Assembly: GCA_045565015.1 (NCBI GenBank) | Contig: JBJLGD010000036.1 | Location: 82-64,081 of the forward strand | DNA length: 64,000 nucleotides | Direction: 5' to 3' | From: Paracoccaceae bacterium | GTDB taxonomy: Bacteria; Pseudomonadota; Alphaproteobacteria; Rhodobacterales; Rhodobacteraceae | Part shown: positions 10,526-19,749 of the stretch, piece after piece | Numbering within the stretch: the first letter of the stretch is position 1 | How the letters are laid out: every line of letters begins with the position of its first letter | Notes under the pieces: generated by a model | The model's database searches: none | What the model saw: only the letters and a program-made list of their open reading frames with translations | Told to the model about the DNA's origin: nothing | Made by a program: the position numbers and the translations under genes

Positions 10526-12073
10526 ATGTCAAATAAAAATTTAATACCAAATCGAAGATCAGGCGGTAGGAAAGCGCGCCACGCAATGCGCTCAGCCCCT
10601 TTATCGAAAGAAAAAAAACCTATTAAACCAGGTATGGTCGGTGGTCAGTATAAGCCCTTGAGTACGTCAGGAGTGAACAGGATACATAAAGCCGCGCTCG
10701 ATGCTTTAGAACAAATAGGTTTAGCTGATGCACCTCAGAGTGGCATTTCTTATATGACAAATGCGGGAGCAATTCTCGGAAACGACGGTAGGTTAAGATT
10801 TCCAAGAGCTTTAGTAGAGGACATGCTGGCTCTTGCCTCAAGAAACTTAACCTTATCAGCAAGGAATTCTGAATATGACCTAGATTTGACCGGAACAAAT
10901 GTCCACTTTGGGACAGCGGGTGCAGCAGTTCATTTGGTAGATATAAACGGAAAAAATTATAAGGATAGTACCGTTCAGGATTTATTTGATGCAGCGAAAA
11001 TTGTTAATAAAATGAATAATATTCATTTTTTACAACGTCCAATGGTGTGCCGAGACATCCTCGATAACTTTGAGATGGATTTAAATACGATTTATGCTTG
11101 TTGCAGAGGAACTAGCAAACATGTTGGAACTTCTTTTACAGATCCCAAATATGTAGAGGGTGGAGTTGAGCTACTCCACCTTATAGCCGGTGGTGAAAAG
11201 AAATGGAGAGAACGTCCATTTGTTTCAAATTCTAATTGCTTTGTAGTACCTCCAATGAAATTTGCCACAGAGTCCTGCCAAGTTATGGAAAATTGTATCG
11301 ATTATGGTATGCCCATCCTTTTACTCTCTGCGGGTCAAGCAGGGGCTACGGCTCCAGCATCCATCGCTGGAGCCATAGTACAAGCAGTTGCGGAATGTTT
11401 AGCAGGAGTGGTATATGTTAATTCCATAAAACCCGGGCACCCAACAATTTTTGGTACTTGGCCGTTTGTTTCTGATTTAAGAACAGGAGCAATGTCAGGA
11501 GGTTCTGGAGAGCAAGCTTTACTTACTTCGGGCTGCTCTCAAATGCATCAGTTTTACAATTTACCTGGGGGAGCTGCAGCTGGAATCGCTGACTCCAAAT
11601 TACCCGACATGCAAGCAGGATGGGAACAAATGTGTTCAAATGTAATGGCTGGATTATCAGGGTTAAACATGGTCTATGAAGCTGCCGGAATGCACGCATC
11701 ACTTCTCGGATTTTGCCATGAGAGTCTTATTTTGGGTGATGATCTGTTAGGTCAAGCGAACCGATGTGTTCGTGGAATCGAAGTAACCGAAGATACCGTT
11801 AACCTGGATGTTATGAAGCAAACTTGTTTGGATGGGCCGGGTCACTATCTGGGATCAGAGCAAACACTAAGTCTAATGGAGACTGATTATGTGTATCCCA
11901 CGCTTTCGGACCGCACTTCACCAAAAGAATGGGTTGAAAATAGCCAGCCTGAACTTCTAAAGAATGCAACTGCCTTAAAAGAAAGAATTCTAAACGAGAA
12001 ATCCGAAGCAGAATTTGAGGACCTATTGGATAATAAGATACGGTCGAAGTTTAAAATACATCTTAGAAAATGA
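10526..12073 (+). CDS. trimethylamine methyltransferase (MttB) family protein, non-pyrrolysine type
   Basis: 515 aa with no in-frame TAG. The N-terminal RRSGGRKARHAMR and overall length match the MttB superfamily members common in marine alphaproteobacteria. Substrate unknown. Confidence 0.75.
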   Translation: MSNKNLIPNRRSGGRKARHAMRSAPLSKEKKPIKPGMVGGQYKPLSTSGVNRIHKAALDALEQIGLADAPQSGISYMTNAGAILGNDGRLRFPRALVEDMLALASRNLTLSARNSEYDLDLTGTNVHFGTAGAAVHLVDINGKNYKDSTVQDLFDAAKIVNKMNNIHFLQRPMVCRDILDNFEMDLNTIYACCRGTSKHVGTSFTDPKYVEGGVELLHLIAGGEKKWRERPFVSNSNCFVVPPMKFATESCQVMENCIDYGMPILLLSAGQAGATAPASIAGAIVQAVAECLAGVVYVNSIKPGHPTIFGTWPFVSDLRTGAMSGGSGEQALLTSGCSQMHQFYNLPGGAAAGIADSKLPDMQAGWEQMCSNVMAGLSGLNMVYEAAGMHASLLGFCHESLILGDDLLGQANRCVRGIEVTEDTVNLDVMKQTCLDGPGHYLGSEQTLSLMETDYVYPTLSDRTSPKEWVENSQPELLKNATALKERILNEKSEAEFEDLLDNKIRSKFKIHLRK

Positions 12074-12196
12074 CTTACGAGGATAAACTATTTTATTTTT
12101 AACTCGTACTTTTATTGATATTTTTTAAGAATACATCTAAATGTCTGACAATTAAGAATCACTGCAAATAGATTTAGTCATAAAGGAATTTGTTCA

Positions 12197-13438
12197 TTGT
12201 CTGGAAAAGAAATTTACGATCTTGGCGATATGCCACCTCTTGGAGAAGTACCGCCTAAAATGCATGCCTTCGCTGTTAGGCAAGATAGGTTCGGAGAACC
12301 TACAAAATCTTGGAAGAGAGAAGAAATCAACACACCCTCTATTGGTCCCAAAGACGTATTAATTTACGTAATGGCTACTGGTATTAACTATAATAATGTA
12401 TGGGCTGGGTTAGGCTATCCAGTAGATGTAATTAAAGACCGACAAAAAAAAGGAGAGCCAGAAGACTTCCATGCCGGAGGTTCAGATGCTTCTGGCATAG
12501 TGTGGTCAATAGGTTCTGAAGTCACTAATTGCAAAGTTGGCGACGAAGTTGTTGTTCATTCGGGATGGTGGGAGCCAGAAGATCCATGGGTTCTATCAGG
12601 TAAAGATCCGATGCTGGCGTCTACTGTGAGAATATGGGGTTATCAGACTAATTACGGGTCGTACTGTCAATTTGCAAAAGCTCAATCCCATCAGATTAAA
12701 AAGAAACCAGCACACCTTTCCTGGGAAGAAGCAGGGTGTTATATGCTTTGCGCCTCCACTGCATATAGACAGCTAATGGGATGGTCTCCAAACATAGTAG
12801 AAAAAGGAGATGCAGTTCTAGTTTGGGGTGCAGCAGGTGGGTTGGGCGCCATGGCACTTCAAATTGTATCAGCTCTGGGCGGAAAACCAATTGCAGTAAT
12901 ATCTAACGAAGATAAGCGTCAGTTTTGCCTCGATAAAGGGGCTGTTGGAGTGATTAATAGAAATGACTTTTCTCACTGGGGTCCTATGCCAGATACATCA
13001 TCACCAGATTATAAAGAATGGATGGGAGGAGTAAGAGCTTTCGGTAAAGCCATTTGGGATATTTTAGGTGAGCGTAAAAATCCAAAGATTGTTTTTGAAC
13101 ACCCAGGTGAATCTACCTTACCAACATCAGGTATTATTTGTGATACGGGCGGAATGGTTGTCATTTGTGCAGGAACCACAGGTTATAATATTACGTTAGA
13201 CTTACGTTACCACTGGATGATGCAGAAACGCCTTCAAGGTTCTCATCTCGCTAATGATGAGCAATCCGAAGCAGTAAATGAGTTGGTTATATCAGGGAAG
13301 GTCGATCCTTGTTTATCTGAGACATACTCGTTCGATGAGATTGGACATGCGCATCAATTGATGTACGAAAATAAACACCCTTATGGTAACATGGCATGTC
13401 TGGTTAACTCAACTTCCAAGGGTCAAGGCAGAAGCTAA
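12197..13438 (+). CDS. ccr: crotonyl-CoA carboxylase/reductase
   Basis: 413 aa. [20 protein letters not shown] ... [18 protein letters not shown] is the typical Ccr N-terminal region, and GAAGGLG is the nucleotide fold. TTG start with AAGGAA 7 nt upstream. Confidence 0.75.
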   Translation: MSGKEIYDLGDMPPLGEVPPKMHAFAVRQDRFGEPTKSWKREEINTPSIGPKDVLIYVMATGINYNNVWAGLGYPVDVIKDRQKKGEPEDFHAGGSDASGIVWSIGSEVTNCKVGDEVVVHSGWWEPEDPWVLSGKDPMLASTVRIWGYQTNYGSYCQFAKAQSHQIKKKPAHLSWEEAGCYMLCASTAYRQLMGWSPNIVEKGDAVLVWGAAGGLGAMALQIVSALGGKPIAVISNEDKRQFCLDKGAVGVINRNDFSHWGPMPDTSSPDYKEWMGGVRAFGKAIWDILGERKNPKIVFEHPGESTLPTSGIICDTGGMVVICAGTTGYNITLDLRYHWMMQKRLQGSHLANDEQSEAVNELVISGKVDPCLSETYSFDEIGHAHQLMYENKHPYGNMACLVNSTSKGQGRS

Positions 13439-13464
13439 TCCTTATCAAAATAAAATCAGATACA

Positions 13465-13499
13465 AAAAGGCTTTTGAGTTAAACCTCAAAGGCCTTTTA
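13465..13499. terminator. bidirectional rho-independent terminator between convergent genes
   Basis: AAAAGGCTTTTGAG (13465-13478) pairs with CTCAAAGGCCTTTT (13485-13498). This gives a 14-bp stem with one G-U pair and a 6-nt loop, with an A-run on one side and a T-run on the other. It lies between ccr (+) and the 83-aa ORF (-). Confidence 0.6.
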
Positions 13500-13527
13500 C
13501 ATATAATCCCAATAAATCAAATTTTGA

Positions 13528-13779
13528 TTATTTTTTTCTTCTAGCAGTTTCAAATGTAGAAACCGTTATAGCAATCCCCGCCAATATTAACGCATGCGCA
13601 GCGGCACTTAATCCAAATACCACATAACTACCAAGATATAAGCTAAAAATTATACACCACATCCAAGCTAAGATTTGCAAGATCATATGACGCACTTGAG
13701 GGTTTGGTATATGACGTAGTGGACTTTTGTCAGAGTCCATTACCGCCGTCCAACAATTATAAATATATTCTCTAATCAT
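13528..13779 (-). CDS. hypothetical small membrane protein
   Basis: 83-aa ORF with two clear hydrophobic helices (ILQILAWMWCIIFSLYLGSYVVFGL and AAAHALILAGIAITV) and a basic C-terminus. No family recognised. Confidence 0.4.
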   Translation of the reverse strand: MIREYIYNCWTAVMDSDKSPLRHIPNPQVRHMILQILAWMWCIIFSLYLGSYVVFGLSAAAHALILAGIAITVSTFETARRKK

Positions 13780-13997
13780 TCAAATTTACTCCTAAAAAAA
13801 CTTTAAACTCACGCCGCATGCCAACTTTTTTTTTTGATCATCCCGCAATTAATTCGAACTTACAATACGACGCAATCGCACAGGTGAATATTTTAAAAAT
13901 ATTATTAACCTTTAGTACAAAAACATATGTTAGAATAACCTTTTTTATGAAATTTAAAAACATTACCTATAAACTATGGGTAAATAAAAAATATTTC

Positions 13998-14189
13998 TTA
14001 AGCTAAATCATATCTGGAAGTAAGTTCTAAACGCGCCTGCCACACTTTTACACATTCAAGGCACCGACCTGTAGCTTTCCGTTTTGCCCTATATGCTGGA
14101 TGCTTCTTACAACCTTCTGAAAGAATATTTAATAGCTCTATTTCCCTATTGATTGAACCGTTGTCTCTTATATAAGAATCCCACTTCAT
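13998..14189 (-). CDS. hypothetical small basic Cys-containing protein
   Basis: 63-aa ORF with Cys spacing C-x16-C-x2-C, lysine/arginine rich. No family recognised, and coding status is uncertain. Confidence 0.3.
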   Translation of the reverse strand: MKWDSYIRDNGSINREIELLNILSEGCKKHPAYRAKRKATGRCLECVKVWQARLELTSRYDLA

Positions 14190-14255
14190 TTTTTACTCCA
14201 TACTTTCTTAAATATTCTCGTGAACCTTTTTCAAATTTTACTTTATAACTTAAAC

Positions 14256-15362
14256 TCACTCAACTAAATCTAATTCCTTTAATATTTCATCTGTATGCTG
14301 ACCTTTAAAAGGTATATTATGATAATTTTCGTTCTTCCAGTTTGAAAAACGAGGTGCGGGTTTAGCTTGACAAATATTTTCAGTAACCTCCCAAACATTT
14401 CTAAAACTCATATGCTCATCCGCCATTGCATCCACTGGTGACAAAACTGGGGCTACGCACGCATCTGATCCTTTAAACAATTTAACCCAAAATTCCTGTT
14501 TTTTTACTCAAAAAGAGATTTATTAACCTATTGGTCAAAACAGGCCACAATTGTTCGTTATTTTGTTGTAAAAATTCTTTATCTTTTGATAGGCTCAATT
14601 TTTCTAAAAAATATATTATAAAATTTAGGCTCCAGGCATTGTATGGAGATAAATTGATTATCAAGGCAACGATAGCATCTGCTCCAATGGGGTCCATCCA
14701 AAATACTACTTTTCCGAGATACGTTCGATCCACTATTTGGAATTAAAGACATTAAGAGATTCATCATGTGCGCTGAACCATCAACAATCGCAGCATCGAT
14801 AACAGTACCCTTTCCGCTATTTTTTTACTTTTAAAATACCTGCTAAAATACCTATTACAAGATATAAAGCCCCACCTCCAATATCACCGACAAGTGTAGG
14901 TGGTGTGAACGGCACATCACCCTCATTCGACGCAAACCAGAGTGCCCCAGATCGAGCAATATAATTTAAATCATGGCCAGCCTGAGATGAATGAGGTCCA
15001 TTTTGACCCCATCCAGTCATTCTACCATAAACAAGCCGATTATTTATTGCCAAAACTTCGGCATCACTAAATCCTAATCTTTCCATCACTCCAGGTCTAA
15101 AAGCTTCAACTAATACGTCAGCTGTTTTCATCAGTTTGATTAGTTTTTTCTTATCATTACAGTCTTTAAGATTTAAAGTTATTGATCTCTTACCTCGATT
15201 AAGAAGATTAACATTTTTCTCTTTTATTTTTTCTTTGAAGGGATTTTGTACGGTAATAACATTCGCCCCTAAGTCTGCTAAAGTCATACAAGCAAATGGT
15301 GCTGGCCCAAGACCTTCCAGTTCAATAACTTTTATTCCTTCAAGCATTTCTTTTTCCTCCAT
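14256..15362 (-). pseudogene. family III CoA-transferase (CaiB/BaiF, alpha-methylacyl-CoA racemase-like), three frameshifts
   Basis: Four ORF fragments (14817-15362, 14579-14767, 14482-14733, 14256-14480) are collinear with one CaiB/AMACR-type protein. Matching segments: N-terminal GIKVIELEGLGPAPFACMTLADLGA; middle GKGTVIDAAIVDGSAH and EPKFY; C-terminal GSDACVAPVLS. Frame changes sit in T7 14819-14825, A6 14606-14611 and T7 14499-14505. Deleting one base at each restores a continuous protein. Confidence 0.75.
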
Positions 15363-15377
15363 AGAAAAATTGAATAG

Positions 15378-16570
15378 TTATTTATCGTAGATATTTAATT
15401 TATGGCCGTAAATCCAATCTTGTCCCCTATGGAGAACTGTGGGATGAATTCTCGAGATAAAATTAAGAATACAAAAAAAAGAAAAACCGCCTTACAATAT
15501 TAGTCAAATGAAAGAATTCTAGATTTTTTCGTGAACGCTTTTGAATTTTTGACACTCTTTTAATTCTAAACTCAAAAAAACTGGTTAGGGATAACCTTAA
15601 ATCTCTCTCTGGATTTAAAAACTTTGCTAGAATTACAGAATCTTCTAGTGATTGAGAGGCACCTTGCGCCATCGATGGTAGCATAGGATGAGCGGCATCT
15701 CCCAATAAAACAGCTCTACCTTTAATCCAACTTTTCAACGGTTCCCGTTCAAATAATCCCCCTTGAAAAATAGCACCAGAATTCTCAATAATTTCTTTTA
15801 TTTGTGGATCCCAGCCGTCAAAGTCTTCAAGTAATTTATCTTTAGTGCCGAGCGCAGTCCAAGACTCCTTTGTCTCAAATTCTTTCTTTACTACACCAAC
15901 AAAATTTATAGTTTTACCACTATTAATTGTAGTTGTTACTGCGTGTTTATTTGCCCCCACCCATATACACGAATTATGCTGAGAGTACTTTTTATTTATT
16001 TTATCTATTGGAGTTAAACATCTCCAAGCCATATAGCCTGTATAAACTGGACAACTTTTATTAAACATTTGCGATCGAATAGTAGAATTTAAGCCATCGG
16101 CGCCTATAACTAAGTCACCGATTAAATTTTCTCCAGAACTTAACTTTAGAGATATAGATTCTACATTGTCTGTATACGACAATACTTTTCGGTCTGTTAA
16201 AATATTTATATTAGCATAATTCTCTATCGACCTTAAAAAAACCTTTAATAAGATCGTTCCTATGAATTTGTATATATCGCGCGCCCCAACGTTTTTGCGA
16301 TATTTCTTTTAACGGTATCGAAAATACCTTTCGACCTGACTTGCCTAATCGAAGTTCCAAATTTTTAGGTTCAAATAGCGAACTCTCTATATATTTAGTT
16401 ACATCCAACTCATCTAAAATTCTCAATCCATTTGGACTAATTTGAATGCCAGCTCCGACTTCTCTAATTTCACGCGACTTTTCAAGAACATCGATAGTCC
16501 AACCCCTTTTAGCTAGGGCTAAAGCAGCAGATAATCCGCTAATTCCAGCTCCAACTATTAATGCCTTCAT
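15378..16570 (-). pseudogene. FAD-dependent monooxygenase (salicylate-hydroxylase/UbiH-like), two frameshifts
   Basis: N-terminal fragment 16211-16570 (IVGAGISGLSAALALAKRG FAD fold). Main fragment 15463-16182 (GADGLNSTIR, LLGDAAHPMLPSMAQGASQSLED). One frame change is in A7 16235-16241. A second is in A8 15473-15480 or A5 15482-15486, after which the shifted frame stays open to 15378. Confidence 0.7.
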
Positions 16571-17329
16571 GGAAGTCGAATACCACCATCTAATCTGATC
16601 ACTTCAGCGTTCAAGTATCCCGCTTTAATAATAAAAATCACCAAATCACCGTACTCCTGAGGTGTCCCCAACCTATTTGGAAAAAGCGGTTGCGTTGATA
16701 ATACTTCCAATGTCTTTGTTGGAAGACCAGCTAACATTGGTGTCATAAATAAACCTGGAGCTATAGCCATAACTCTAATCCCGACTTGGGCTAAATCTCT
16801 AGCCATTGGAAGAGTCATCGCAGCTACTCCTCCTTTTGAGGCCGCGTAAGCAACCTGCCCTTTTTGACCATCATATGCCGCAACAGACGCTGTGTTAATT
16901 ATAATACCCCGCTCTCCTCCAGAAAACGGTTTGTTATTTTCCATAGCAAGAGCTGCTAACCGGGACACATTAAATGTTCCGGTGACATTAATATTAATTG
17001 CTTTTTCAAACTCTGCTAGTGAATGAGCGCCATCTTTGCCAATTGTTTTTTCAACCACTGCAATTCCTGCACAGTTAACGACCGCATTAATCAACCCAAA
17101 CTCTGTAAGACAAAGATCAATACCAGTTTGAACTGAAGTCAGCATCAGTTACATCGGTCTTAACAAACTTAACCGACTGGGGAAATTCTTTTGCTAAAAC
17201 TTCGCCACGAGGAACGTTTAGATCTAAGATTAAAACCTTTCCACCATTTGACACAATAGATCTAACACTGGCTTCTCCTAAACCTGATGCCCCACCTGTT
17301 ACTAAAGCTACTACTTCGTTACCATTCAT
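16567..17329 (-). pseudogene. SDR-family 3-hydroxyacyl-CoA dehydrogenase type-2-like, one frameshift
   Basis: Fragment 17117-17329 (ALVTGGASGLG cofactor motif) and fragment 16567-17145 ([23 protein letters not shown], catalytic YxxxK) are collinear with HSD17B10-type SDRs. The frame change is near 17136-17137. Deleting one base gives TDVTDADSVQTGIDL. Confidence 0.7.
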
Positions 17330-17372
17330 TTATAAAAAACCTTTCACATTATCATAATTATATTAAATAATC

Positions 17373-18164
17373 TTAAACCATATTATTTAAACTATTTCTA
17401 TACAGTTTCACCCATCCAACACCATCGTCAGTTTTAATTTTTGGTTTGTACTCAGCTCCAACATAGTCAACCCAACCATTATTTTGAAAAAACTTAATTA
17501 TCTTGATATAACTATCTTCATTAAAGGTTGGTTCATCTCTGTTAGGGAAAGCGGCTATTTGTATATGACCAATACATTCAAAATGTTCTACGAATAAAGA
17601 TCGGATACACAAACCCAACTTCATAATATGATAGCAATCAAACATAATTTTTAAGTTGTCTCGATCTACACGAGCAATAACCTCAAGTGCTTTGTCGAAG
17701 TTATCTAAATAATATCCGGGTGCATCATCTGGGTTTAAAACTTCTATTAATATAACTTTATTAAGTTTTTTTGCTTCTCGACATGCGTAATGGAGGTTTT
17801 CAATAAAAGTAAAATCACTTAGTTCATTTTTTGGTGTGTTTCCAGCCATTACATGTATCATTTTACAGTTAATTATATTAGAATATTTTAATGCAATATC
17901 AATAGCTTGTCGTGCTTCTTTAATCTTATTTGGGATAGCCGATAAACCATTATCGTTAGTTTTTTGATTACCTTTTAGGGTATTAATACTAATGACTTTT
18001 AGATTATTTTTTATGAGTACTTTCCCAAGTTTTTTTGCATTTACGTCATATGGCCAATGAAACTCTACCCCATCAAAACCAGAAACTTTTGCTCTGTGTA
18101 TCGCAGTGATTAAATCTAATTCTGACCATAAAAAACCCAAGTTCGCTGAGAATCTTTGCATCAT
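17373..18164 (-). CDS. hydroxypyruvate isomerase family protein (xylose-isomerase-like TIM barrel)
   Basis: 263 aa. The N-terminal RFSANLGFLWSE ... GFDGVEFHWPYD is typical of Hyi/OtnI-type isomerases. Confidence 0.7.
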   Translation of the reverse strand: MMQRFSANLGFLWSELDLITAIHRAKVSGFDGVEFHWPYDVNAKKLGKVLIKNNLKVISINTLKGNQKTNDNGLSAIPNKIKEARQAIDIALKYSNIINCKMIHVMAGNTPKNELSDFTFIENLHYACREAKKLNKVILIEVLNPDDAPGYYLDNFDKALEVIARVDRDNLKIMFDCYHIMKLGLCIRSLFVEHFECIGHIQIAAFPNRDEPTFNEDSYIKIIKFFQNNGWVDYVGAEYKPKIKTDDGVGWVKLYRNSLNNMV

Positions 18165-18195
18165 AAAATTAACCTAGTGAACATTCTCAATCGAG

Positions 18196-18951
18196 TTAAA
18201 AGATGTCTTTTAATTGTCTAAGCTTTGTAAAAACATCCTCATTACTTTCATTTATCATACCTAAACTACGTCTAATCTTTAAATCATCCGATCGACAAAA
18301 GGGGTTTGTTTTCGCCTCAAGTCCAATAGTTGTCGGCACAGTATGATTTCCCAAAGATATTATATCCTGAAGTTTCTTAGCTCTTTTGATTAAATCACTA
18401 TTGTTTGGGTCCACACTTAACGCAAATTTACTATTGGCGAGAGTATATTCATGACTACAGTATAGAACTGTGTCAGCAGGGAATGCCATAATTTTACATA
18501 TACTCCGGAACATTTGCTCTGGGGAGCCTTCGAACAGTCGCCCACAGCCCATGACAAATAACGTATCTCCAGTAAAAATTAATTTTTCTGATGGAATATA
18601 ATAATTTATCATATCTAACGTGTGCCCAGGTGTTTCAATTATCTGAACCTCACACTGGCCAAACTTTATAACATCCCCCTCAGATACACCTTTCTCAACG
18701 CCAGTAACGTTTTTAGGACCAATTACCAAAGCTCCTGTCTCTTTTTTTAGTTCAGATAGTCCATCTGTATGATCAGCATGATGATGGGTAATCCATATTT
18801 GATCTAACGTCCAACCATTGGCCTTCAATGCGCTTGAATAGCTGTAAGAATCTCCTGCGTCGATTGCTGTTGTTAAATTTTCTCTAGGATCATGTAATAA
18901 AACGCCATAGTTATCTGCGCCATATCTAAATTGAAAACATTCTAATTCCAT
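18196..18951 (-). CDS. gloB: hydroxyacylglutathione hydrolase (glyoxalase II)
   Basis: MBL-fold THHHADHTDG motif and GloB-type C-terminal NPFCR. I prefer ATG 18951 (MELECF), which is preceded by GGGGA, over the TTG at 18966 in the ORF track. Confidence 0.8.
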   Translation of the reverse strand: MELECFQFRYGADNYGVLLHDPRENLTTAIDAGDSYSYSSALKANGWTLDQIWITHHHADHTDGLSELKKETGALVIGPKNVTGVEKGVSEGDVIKFGQCEVQIIETPGHTLDMINYYIPSEKLIFTGDTLFVMGCGRLFEGSPEQMFRSICKIMAFPADTVLYCSHEYTLANSKFALSVDPNNSDLIKRAKKLQDIISLGNHTVPTTIGLEAKTNPFCRSDDLKIRRSLGMINESNEDVFTKLRQLKDIF

Positions 18952-18975
18952 GAAATTATCCCCCAATTATTATAT

Positions 18976-19731
18976 TTAGTCACTGCGCAGAGCCGGAAGG
19001 CCTACACCGGTTGCCTCAAAACCACCATCTGCTGAAAGCAACTGCCCTGTGATGAACCTTGCCTTATCCGACGCTAGAAAAGCAATTGCATTTGCTATTT
19101 CTTCTTCCGAACCATACCGATTGAGCGGAATTGCATCATGATAGGCCTCTATTATTTCTTCGGTGTGTACAGCCATAGCCAGCTTCGTTCTTACTGGACC
19201 AGGAGCAACACAGTTACAACGTATTCCAAACTCACCAAGCTCTACTGCCTGTTGCTTAGTTAGGTGTATCACTGCAGCCTTAGAGGTGCCGTATGCAACC
19301 CTTAAGGTGGATGCTCTTAATCCAGATATAGATGCAATGTTAACTATTACCCCCTTACTAACTTTCAACAAAGGGATAGCAAACTGGCTACAAAGAAAAA
19401 CACCGTCCAAGTTAGTAGACAGTACTCTTCTCCACCCTTCAAAATTGATTGCTTCTATCGGTCCAAATTCAGCCACGCCAGCATTATTGATTAAAGCATC
19501 TAAGCGCCCAAACTTTTTTTCAACAATATTAAATAAGTTTGAAACATCCTCTTCTTGGGAGACGTCACATACAATCGGGTAAACTCCGTCTAAAGATTTC
19601 GAGATCCTTTTTAACTCATCACTATCCCTATCCACCATCACAACCGAGAAACGATTATCTAAGAACAAATTGACGGTAGCTAAACCAATACCGCGAGCGG
19701 CACCGGTTATAACACACACCTTTTTCATCAT
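18976..19731 (-). CDS. SDR family oxidoreductase
   Basis: 251 aa with TGAARGIGLA cofactor motif, NNAG, and catalytic YGTSKAA. Confidence 0.8.
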   Translation of the reverse strand: MMKKVCVITGAARGIGLATVNLFLDNRFSVVMVDRDSDELKRISKSLDGVYPIVCDVSQEEDVSNLFNIVEKKFGRLDALINNAGVAEFGPIEAINFEGWRRVLSTNLDGVFLCSQFAIPLLKVSKGVIVNIASISGLRASTLRVAYGTSKAAVIHLTKQQAVELGEFGIRCNCVAPGPVRTKLAMAVHTEEIIEAYHDAIPLNRYGSEEEIANAIAFLASDKARFITGQLLSADGGFEATGVGLPALRSD

Positions 19732-19749
19732 AAGTTTAGCTTCCTCCGC

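Noticed and set aside
12076-12108. Inverted repeat TACGAG ... CTCGTA after the mttB-family gene, considered as a terminator.
   Set aside because: The stem is only 6 bp with a 21-nt loop, which is too weak to call.
13818-14006. 62-aa plus-strand ORF in the AT-rich spacer between the two small minus-strand ORFs.
   Set aside because: The composition (runs of F, K, N, I, Y) simply mirrors AT-rich DNA. It has no ribosome-binding site and no recognisable family, and it overlaps the end of the 63-aa ORF.
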